From assembly GCA_049999805.1 (NCBI GenBank), contig JBNGIO010005877.1:60728-80727 (forward strand): a stretch of DNA of 20,000 nucleotides, in the 5' to 3' direction. Origin of the DNA: Folioceros fuciformis. Its lineage: Eukaryota. The translations under genes and the position numbers were made by a program. Of the stretch, positions 12,022 to 20,000 are shown piece by piece. Within the stretch, counting starts at the first letter, position 1. Each line of letters opens with the position of its first letter. Under the pieces are notes generated by a model. The model worked only from the letters and a program-made list of their open reading frames with translations. It made no database searches and was not told the origin of the DNA.

Positions 12022-12150
12022 CTTCATTTCATCAAGGGCCTTCGCGCTAGCTGAGGCCCTCAATGAAATGAAGGGCCTTGGCTCGAATTGAGCACTCAAC
12101 GAAATGAAGGGCCTCGCCTCGCGCTGGGGTCCTGAATGAAAAGGAGAGCC
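12022..12150. repeat. Inverted plus direct repeats of a CAAYGAAATGAAGGGCCT-like motif
   Basis: CTTCATTTCATCAAGGGCC (12022-12040) is 17/19 complementary to GGCCCTCAATGAAATGAAG (12055-12073). Further direct copies lie at about 12096-12114 and, degenerate, at about 12133-12152. Confidence 0.65.
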
Positions 12151-12840
12151 TCAGCCTGCGCTGAGAATGAGGGACCTCCGCACTATCACTATCAGGGCCT
12201 TAAGCGCTGGAAGGGACCGAGCACGAGGCTTCGCCCTGTCTTTACAATTCATCCAAGCCCGAAGAAATGCCAGGCATCATGAATTGGACGAATTGTCCAT
12301 ATTCTTTATTTGTCTTCTACAATTCCACATCACGAGTCCTCACTTAGTCCTACTACCTCTACATTGAACAAACTTTTATTTCTTCTAACGTGGTCAAGTT
12401 TGTGGACCGATATGGAACACTTAACTTTTTTCCTGCACGATTGCTGTGTCTCAATCTTCTTGCACTCAAACACGGAAAGACAGATGTTAAGAAAGCTCAT
12501 TCCCACACCTCAATGTTTATAAGGTTTTGCCTTGCAGCCATATTTGATTCATGAGGAGGGTGGTAAACTTCATCAATCGTTGAAGAGATATAAGGGGTCT
12601 CAATTTCGATATTACCTCAAGGTTAGGCACAAAGTTGTAGTGTTGTCCATGCTAGGAAGATTTCTAGTTGCATGGTTGCTGCAAATATGAAGGCATATTA
12701 TCAATTTAATTTTGTCTCTTTGTCCAAAGTGAGGCATGCCCAATGCACATAGTCCACATGTGGGGACACCCTACACTTGTGCAACCAAACCGCATGGCAA
12801 AGCAATAACGTGTGTGTGGCATTCCAAATGCTATCAACAC

Positions 12841-13059
12841 CAATCTCAAAATTGGTATTTTGCGCTCCCTACAAACTAGCCTAGAGATGGGCCTTCAGCA
12901 TGCATGTGTCCCCTCAGTAGCAGCATGATGATGGAGAAGTGGTAACAACCAACATAACAATCTCACAATTGGTATATTGCGTTCCCCATAAACCAACCTA
13001 GAGATGGCCCTTCAGCATGCTTGTGTCCCTTGGGTAGCAAAATGATCATGGAGAAGTGG
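12841..13059. repeat. Diverged tandem duplication, period about 117 bp
   Basis: CAATCTCA-AATTGGTAT...CCTAGAGATGG-CCTTCAGCATGC-TGTGTCCC...ATGGAGAAGTGG occurs at 12841-12942 and 12958-13059. Confidence 0.85.
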
Positions 13060-13260
13060 ACATGACAAGGCCCACAAAGCAGGTGATGTATGAGGTCCTT
13101 GCTACCTACGGCACATCATGCTTGCCAATGTTGCAAGAGGGTCAGAGGTGGTTAGGGGGCATGCATGCCAGTCATGAGGCAACCTACAAACTTTGTGCAG
13201 CCAAAGACATCAACAAGAATACTACAACAAGCGTGCAATGGAAGATAGTACTGTAGCTCA

Positions 13261-13702
13261 TGATTGTTGAGGAGACATAACCACAAGAGGCACTGACGTG
13301 CAAGGATGAGCAAAAGTGCTACAAGGGGGCAAGGAGGAAGGGGGAGTAGGTTCATGTATATATATAGGGTGACCAACTCCTACATTGGTATGCGCGTATA
13401 TTCCTGCAACAATGCACTCAAATGCCTCCCCTTGGGTGCTTCCTCCCCATCGTGCACACCAAGGCTGCTGGTCATCATTTCACTCTTTGGTGGCTCGCTT
13501 CACATATACTCCTTCTCCCTCGATACGAGCGGGTGATCACAACTGGTGATGTGCAAATGTCTCCTCTTGTCGTGCACACCAAGGCTATTGGTCATCATTC
13601 CACTCTTTGGTGGCTCACTTCACAAGAGATCAACGAAAGGAGCAACTTCTCTACTCCTTCTCTCTTGATGCAAATGGGACATAATACATCTCAGGATCAT
13701 CA
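13261..13702 (-). mobile_element. 3' LTR of the Ty3/Gypsy element (left boundary tentative)
   Basis: On the minus strand TGATGATCC starts immediately after the polypurine tract. It contains a TATA-like TATATATATA (13357-13366) and an internal ~54-bp direct repeat (about 13451-13504 and 13570-13624). A plausible terminus ...CAACAATCA lies at 13261 (TGAT...ATCA). Confidence 0.6.
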
Positions 13703-13713
13703 CCTCTCCCCTT
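13703..13713 (-). promoter_or_regulatory. Polypurine tract (PPT) of the LTR retrotransposon
   Basis: AAGGGGAGAGG on the minus strand abuts the TG start of the LTR, downstream of the integrase/PHD coding region. Confidence 0.75.
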
Positions 13714-14804
13714 AATTTGCTACCCAACTTTTGTCGACAAGATAGATTAACAAAAGTGTTCATACAATTCATTACACACCATCATCCTCAATCTACCTCA
13801 ATCAGGACACAATGTTCTTCTCATAATGTATCAATTGTAGCACACATTGGACAAAACCACTACCATGGTGGTTCCAGGCATAAATATATCATTCATCATT
13901 GCATCTATCACACAACAAAATGCAATGATCACTACCCGGATCATTCATCATTGCATCTATCACACAACAACATGCAATGATCACTACCCGAGTCTCCACA
14001 CCCTGTACAAGAAAATCCCTTCCCTTCCTTGGTATAAAAGCTTGTACATTAATGGCCGAATTCAAGTGAGGTAAATGGCACGTTGCACAATTCTTCGTGT
14101 GTTCCAAACAAGTTGTACCATCCCTTGCTTCAAGCTTCAAGACTCCATTTGGCTTCACATTCCTCACCCTCGATATTATCCTGCTGGCACTTGTGTTAAC
14201 TATTGTCAACATCTTTCTCTGTAAGTACACATAATCTCCTACTTCAAATTTCCTTATTTTAGGTTTGAAATGACACTCCTTGTTTTCCTATATCTTTTAG
14301 GTTTGAAATGACCACTTCTTGTTTTCCTATATCTCAACTCATCTCTATGTTGAGCTATCAACAAGTTCTCCATTGCCATAGGCATAACCCTCTTGAACAA
14401 CTCTGCCCTATGCTTGATTATCTTTAACCATTGATTGGGATCATCCAACTCCATGGTAGTGTTCACCTTGTCCTCTAACATTCTAGACAATTGTGGCCTT
14501 CGCTCAAACAATAACATGTAAGGTGAAAACTTTCTCAAAGACGCTTGTCTACTCATCCTATAACCCATTGCAAGGAAAGGTAACATTCTATCCCACTCAT
14601 TCTTGTCCATTACCAAGCAATATTTTCTCAGTGTTATCTTACATGTTTGCACCATCCTTTTCATTAAACCATCAGCTTCTAGATGATTCCTAGAAGTGAC
14701 CCTTAGATCAATAAGATACTCATTTAAAAGTTCATCAAATTCCTTCATAAACTCCGTGCCTTCATCTATTAAAACTTTTGCACAAGCTCCAAACACACTC
14801 AAAT

Positions 14805-14904
14805 NNNNNNNNNNNNNNNNNNNNNNNNNNNNNNNNNNNNNNNNNNNNNNNNNNNNNNNNNNNNNNNNNNNNNNNNNNNNNNNNNNNNNNNNNNNNNNNN
14901 NNNN
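14805..14904. other. Assembly gap (100 N) within the integrase
   Basis: Run of 100 N adjacent to a tandem array. Confidence 0.99.
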
Positions 14905-15104
14905 AAAACTATTCATTTTGAGAAATGTTCTATCATTACTAATAAAAACTATTCATTTTGAGAAATGTTCTATCATTACTAATAAAAACTATTCATTTTG
15001 AGAAATGTTCTATCATTACTAATAAAAACTATTCATTTTGAGAAATGTTCTATCATTACTAATAAAAACTATTCATTTTGAGAAATGTTCTATCATTACT
15101 AATA
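14905..15104. repeat. Tandem array, 5 identical copies of a 40-bp unit
   Basis: AAAACTATTCATTTTGAGAAATGTTCTATCATTACTAATA x5. The reverse complement encodes the integrase segment LVMIEHFSK*IV. Confidence 0.97.
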
Positions 15105-15910
15105 TATATTTGAATCCTCTGTGAGGGACTGGTAACTCTCCAACCAAATCCAAACTCCACCTATAAAATATTCCCCTGATACATATCGAGTGAAGCTGAG
15201 AAGTTTTACCTAAAAACTTTCTTTCACCCTATCACGCACCTCACAAGTAGATAACACCTTCTCTACTACGTCCATCATTCCCTTCCAATAATAATTATTC
15301 ATAAACAAACTTAATGTTCTCTTTGTATTAAAATGCTCCAACTCTTTATGGATTTTTCTTGTCAAACTTATCCTGTCTTCGGGTTTAGGCACCACCTTCA
15401 AGTTTTCCTTAAACAACAACTTACTATCAACCCACATGTATCTTCTAGCTCGTTTTATCACTTCATCATTTTCCTTTACAGTCAACATTTCTTATTTCTA
15501 CGTGTCATTATGTGCTCCATTGTATTATGATCCTCCTAAATATCCACTAATATCAAAGAAGATAATGACTCTACAAGATTCACCAGATATGCCCTTGGTG
15601 TCCACCTTGACACCACCAGGTTACATTCCACATATCTTTTTTATCAAAATCTTATATAGCAATCATCGCATCCACCAAACTTCCTCAGCGGATTTGTTGA
15701 CAACACATTTGCATTAGCATGCTTTACCCCTTGCCTGTTAACTTTTCACTTTCATCAACCATTTCAAAGGCTGATGATGAGTAACTAACTCAAATTATGT
15801 TCCATGCAAGTATGGTATAAAATGCGACACCGCCCACACTAGCGTCAAACACTCCCCATGATATGACGAGTAATTGCTCTTAGCAGAATTGTTACTCCTA
15901 CTTCCATAAG

Positions 15911-16489
15911 TGTAGAACATGCGTTTCGTACGGCTAGTACTTAGGGCGGAGCCTATAGGAGAAGGATGAGGGGAGAAGGGATGAAGGAAGAAGAGGAGAC
16001 ACGGTGGAAGTAGGAGCAAAGGGATGAGGGGAGAAGAGGAGACATGTCTCCATCCACTACACGCTCCTCGAGCTCCTATGTTGACTAGTTCTTTTCTCCA
16101 AGCCAGCGATGTTGAGGTCATCAGTGTTTGTTGAGGTCACCTTGAGGGACTCCTGTTGGTTAGCAAGTACCTCCAGGGACTCCTTTCCGATTACCCCTTG
16201 GGCTTAGAGAGGGGCACTAGGCCACCCCTTGGGCTTAGAGAGGGGCACTAGGCCAACTGCTAGAAAACCCTTGACCACCTGCTCCGAGATGGTAGCACAC
16301 ATGCTAGCCAACGGGGTCCTCCGCTTTCCTTAAAGGGGAGGTCCCCTCCGTGGCCAAGAGCTGGGAGAAATGGCTATGTCTAACTAAAGCGAAGGGCTTC
16401 TTATGGACGGAGGCCACCGCTACCGACGGCGCTTGGCGTCCTTGTAGCTGCAAAGGCCTTCTAGCTACCTTTGCAGCTACTTACTGACA
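15911..16489. mobile_element. LTR-like non-coding insert truncating the Gypsy RNase H
   Basis: It begins TGTAGAACA where RNase H similarity stops and ends ...ACTGACA (TG...CA). It has purine-rich tracts and a 31-bp tandem duplication (16193-16254). No target-site duplication was found. Confidence 0.35.
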
Positions 16490-16793
16490 CCGTGTAAGAT
16501 GCTTACACCTATCTAAATCGATACCACACATAGCACACTAATTATAGAGTCCCGCCGCGCACCCGACTCTATTAAGACGAGTGAATTTTTGGGCGGGAAG
16601 GCCACTCCACCACTCTCATTTCGGCTAAGGAATCCTAGGCCGGTCTTGGAAAATCCTGCCACCCGATCTTCTGAGATGCTGCCTTGCTGCCACACTCTGC
16701 CACGGTGAACCGGAGCCACCACCAGCGCTGTCACCACTAATGGAGGTTCCGAGGAATTCCCTCGTTCCGAATTTCCCTGGTTATCTCCTTGGC

Positions 16794-16913
16794 CCAAGAT
16801 AACGCAGTAAAGCTGCGTGTAGCCAAGCCAGACCAAGATAACGCAGTAAAGCTGCGTGTAGCCAACCAGACCAAGATAACGCAGTAAAGCTGCGTGTAGC
16901 CAACCAAGCCAGA
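16794..16913. repeat. Three tandem ~38-43-bp units, each with an internal hairpin
   Basis: CCAAGATAACGCAGTAAAGCTGCGTGTAGCCAA...CCAGA starts at 16794, 16833 and 16871. Each unit has the stem ACGCAG/CTGCGT with a 5-nt loop. Confidence 0.95.
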
Positions 16914-17399
16914 CACGCTCGACAGCCAGCTCCTTTGTCGTACACTGCTGATATAATTCAGGAGCGCTTTCAATTTCCTTGATTTTACCGTTCCTGGATT
17001 CCGATGATCATTGCAGATCCCCCTTCCCGTCCTTCGCTCCCCACGGCACCAACGGGTTACGGCACAGGCTCGTCCAGCAATCGTGTCCAGCATCGGATCG
17101 TAGAGTAGCCTCAGGTCCGTTGGGAAAACACAACAGACAAGGCACCGCTCCCCTTGTGCGTCCGTCAACCTGGTCATCAAGTCCCCAAATGGAAGGCGAG
17201 AGCTCTGAGAGCCCGCTGCCAGCGATCCTCCCGGCCAGGCACCCCTTGATCACGGGCCCGGCCACAGCACCGTTGGCTTCGTAGATTCAATGCAAACACC
17301 AACTCGAGAAACGCGGTGGAACAGAGAGCGCCGACAGGCCGCTGTTTCTGCTTCCGACTCTGGTGCGTGGGATCCCGATGGACGCCTACCTACTTGACG

Positions 17400-18375
17400 T
17401 ATCCGTGAGCAGATGCTCGCAGCGATCAGCAAGTTGGCACATCCCGGAAACCACCGCGCTCGTGTCTATCTCCCGCGCTCCGACATGCGCACTGTGATCC
17501 TGAGCTCCTTCTCCGCTAGCTTGCCCTGAAACAAGGCGCACAGCAGCTCCAGAAGCTCACCGATGTGAAAGTCTGACACTTCCAGGGTGAACTGCCTAGA
17601 CTAGATTGCAGAGACGTCGAGGATCTCATCCAGAACCTACAGGTGGACAAGGTTCCCCAACGGAATGCGCACTGATTCTGCCATAAGCACGGGTGCATCC
17701 TTGGTCTGCAACAGGCGCAAGTGGAGCAACAGGTAGATCAGCCGCGAATTGGCTCATCCTGAGCCAGGGCCTGGAATAGGGTCACGGTCTTGGATGGCCG
17801 CGGTGGGCTGTTGGATGGCGATCCAGGCCTCCGGAATGCGGTCGCAAGGAAATTCAGGGGCCAGTTGGTGAGAGGGGAAGAATCCGGGGTTCGATGCCCA
17901 CCGCAAATCCTCCTTGCCAATGTTGGGCTATCGCAGCACCTCCAGATGTGGTTAGAACACTCCGCAGGCCCGCTGTAGCAGCTCCACGACCCGCATATCG
18001 AAGAACTCCTGCATCGCCTTGCTGCAAGCACCGCCGTAGGATCAACACTGCAGGTCCCATATCCCCTAAATCGGGGCCAAGAAGACGACCGCCAGTGGAA
18101 ACGTAAGTGCACCGGACCCGCCCCCAGCGCTGGCCTGCACCTCGTAGTCACTGAAGTCCGGATCGCACTAGACGGAACGCAGAATGGCCTTCCTGTACTT
18201 AGCACGACGTCGATGATGACTGCGCACGGGTGCTTGCTGTATGACCACCATTTTCTTGCCTTGCTCCAATTTCCCTAGAACCTGGAGCTACTACCCGGCG
18301 AGCATGGCTTTCTTGTGATCGCTGGAAAGGATACACGACAGCATCGTGTCCAGCACGGGAAACCAGATCCCCGCA
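17400..18375 (-). pseudogene. Decayed two-component histidine-kinase-like sequence
   Basis: One frame reads NLVHL*VLDEILDVSAI*SRQFTLEVSDFHIGELLELLCALFQGKLAEKELRITV...CANLL (17654-17427). This resembles the HisKA C-terminal helix, linker and N-box of plant histidine kinases (LLNDILDLSKIESGKL.LE...F....LE.L..LF...; QIFANL). There are 11 in-frame stops, 8 of them TAG. Confidence 0.5.
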
Positions 18376-18409
18376 TATTTTGACTCTAAAGATCTAATCA
18401 ATCCCACCT

Positions 18410-18596
18410 CTTGCAACTCTTGACACTTGTCCTTTGCAATTGTCTAATTAACTTCATCTAGATCACAATAAATGAAACGCTTGACTGCAAACCCAGCAGC
18501 TAGCACAACCTCCAAACAAGATGCAATTCCAGCAAACAACTCAACCACAACCAATCCATGCAGAGACGAACTCAAAGTCACAAGTTTATTACACAT
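18410..18596 (-). pseudogene. C5-cytosine DNA methyltransferase N-terminal fragment (motif I region), retrotransposon-type
   Basis: MCNKLVTLSSSLHGLVVVELFAGIASCLEVVLAAGFAVKRFIYCDLDEVN*TIAKDKCQELQ. VELFAGI corresponds to the SAM-binding motif I, followed by the helix and the motif II strand ending in an acidic residue (FIYCD). It is below the ORF-track cutoff, and the catalytic PC motif is absent because of truncation. Confidence 0.7.
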
Positions 18597-18911
18597 AGGT
18601 CCAATTTACTTATCGGCTTTATACAGGCCTGAATCTTATATCTAGCTGAAATTCAATCTGCCTCTTTTCAAGAAAATGCTAGCAGTGGGACAGGGATTGC
18701 GGCACCTGATGTTGGAGGTACAACTAACTTAAAAATTGGTGCTGGGGTCTCACGCACGTGGCAACAAAGGGACGAGGCCAAAGCTAAGACTACATCCAAT
18801 GTAGAGAATGTGTCTGTCTTAGAGGCCACTGTTGTAGCATTATCTTCAAAGCTGGGTGCGCTTATAGCAATCTTACTAGTGGAGCAAGCTCACCCAAGCC
18901 AGCCGATGCTA

Positions 18912-20000
18912 TTTTTTTCGCGAAAAAAATTCTGATTAAATTGGCAAATACCTCCCACTACAATACAAAGGGAAAGTCCTGCTAACGTATGTACAAAAAC
19001 CAAGCAGAGAGGGTGAGAACTAGCCTTGAGTCCAAGACTCAAAACAAGGCGCTCAGAGAGCACTCCCCTACACTATGATACCCTCGAACTGCTAAAGCCA
19101 CTTATACTCACCCTCAAGGTCTCCCATGGACTTTAAGACTAATCATCCCTAGGGGCACGAATGATTCCACCACGTATCTTTCCCAGATGCCAGGAATCCC
19201 GCCATCCTCCAGTCTTTCCGCTTAAACTGCTTCCGACAGGATTGCTCCCAAGCTTCTGCTGCAATCAACAAACGCTCCCATATGTGCCACATCAAAGCTT
19301 TCGATGAAGTTGAATCTTGTCCTCCATAGACCACCACAGACCAGTTGACCCAGAGATGGAGAAGGCAAGAAGACCACAGTAAGCCCCACCATTGTGTTTT
19401 AAGGAGAAATTTGCCCGAGGTTGCGTCCAGCCCAAATAAGGCTGATTGTGACGTGATCCTGAGGTTAGCACCAGGAAAAATCAAACAAAGCCACATGCCA
19501 ACCTCCCTCCAGATCTCTTGGGCAAAGCTACAATGATAGAACGTGTGTTGGCTCTTGTTTGGGGCCCTAGCGGTGCACAGTCGACACACATCCTCCCCCG
19601 TTGCAGCTAAAAGCCCATCCCACTGATTCGCTTTAGGCAAGCACGCTTGAAAAAAACACCAAACTATAGACCTGACCCTAGGGGGGATTCCTGTGGACTT
19701 CCATAGAAGTTTGATGGCTTCCCTTTGGCGCCGTCTAGCGAGTTGCAATCGGGGAGCCATTGGCTGTCGTTGCTTGATTTTCTGTGCTCGCTCTAACCAA
19801 AGGAACAAGTCCGCCGTAGGGAAGTTGAAGAAAGATCGAGAGATAGCCTTCTTGCACCCTAGACACCTAGGCCATTTGTAGAGATCTGGTCTAAAGGTCA
19901 GAGTCCAATTCTCGCCCAGTCGGAACCAACACTGAACCTTTGCTTTATCGGAGGGTAGTGGCCCAATTGGGTGTTCGCCTGGGATGCACCATCGCCCTAC
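18912..20000 (-). mobile_element. L1-type LINE, 3' end of ORF2 (zf-RVT) plus 3' UTR and short poly(A)
   Basis: The frame is open from 20000 to the stop at 19149 and includes LLWKSTGIPPRVRSIVW...CRLC...SQHTFYHCSFAQEIW...LW (CCHC-type zf-RVT). A T-rich 3' UTR ends TTAATCAGAATTTTTTTCGCGAAAAAAA at about 18912. Confidence 0.88.

Larger units (their letters stand above)
13842..15910 (-). mobile_element. Decayed Ty3/Gypsy pol: RNase H - integrase (HHCC, DDE core) - C-terminal PHD finger
   Basis: RNase H: YGSRSNNSAKSNYSSYHGECLTLVWAVSHF..YLHG*FELVTHHQPLKWLM...HANANVLS. Zinc finger: IHKELEHF...YYWKGM...CEVR. Core: IFYRWSLDLVGELP...YILVMIEHFSK, FGACAKVLIDEGTEF, ADGLMKRMVQT, FSPYMLLF. Tail: GVLKLEARDG...HTKNCATCHLP. 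The RH-IN order is diagnostic of Gypsy. Stops, frameshifts and duplications are present. Confidence 0.93.

Noticed and set aside
14905-15104. CRISPR array
   Set aside because: It is a pure tandem repeat without spacers, derived from integrase coding sequence.
15795-16121. 108-aa ORF as an independent gene
   Set aside because: It is a chimeric read-through from the non-coding LTR-like insert into the truncated RNase H.
16518-16526. tRNA-Met primer-binding-site-like TGGTATCG on the minus strand
   Set aside because: Only 7 nt match TGGTATCAGAGC and it is not preceded by an LTR CA end.
16794-16913. CRISPR-like palindromic direct repeats
   Set aside because: The units are head-to-tail with no unique spacers, there are no cas genes, and the context is eukaryotic.
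17400-18375. Organelle-derived gene with stops removed by U-to-C editing
   Set aside because: The sequence is GC-rich, unlike organellar genes, and sits among nuclear TEs; C-to-T decay is the simpler explanation.

Overview
Plant nuclear DNA with compact genes, short GT-AG introns (about 75-150 bp) and three 100-N assembly gaps. The gene style suggests a non-seed plant such as a hornwort or lycophyte (inference). The left ~12 kb is genic, with four minus-strand genes: the 5' part of an ethanolamine-phosphate cytidylyltransferase (PECT1), an 8-exon XRI1-family gene, an intronless FPF1-domain ORF and a 5-exon PhoD-like phosphatase. It also holds a possible small spliced plus-strand gene and a pre-miRNA-like hairpin region between PECT1 and XRI1. 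The right ~8 kb is nested transposon DNA. A decayed Ty3/Gypsy element retains its 3' LTR, PPT, RNase H and an integrase ending in a PHD finger. On the same strand, upstream of pol, is a C5 DNA-methyltransferase fragment. Where reverse transcriptase would be expected there is instead an LTR-like segment and a decayed histidine-kinase-like sequence. An uninterrupted L1 LINE 3' end closes the window. The most notable signal is a Gypsy element apparently carrying both a DNA-methylation writer (DNMT) and a histone reader (PHD). All protein calls come from manual translation and motif recognition; no database search was run.
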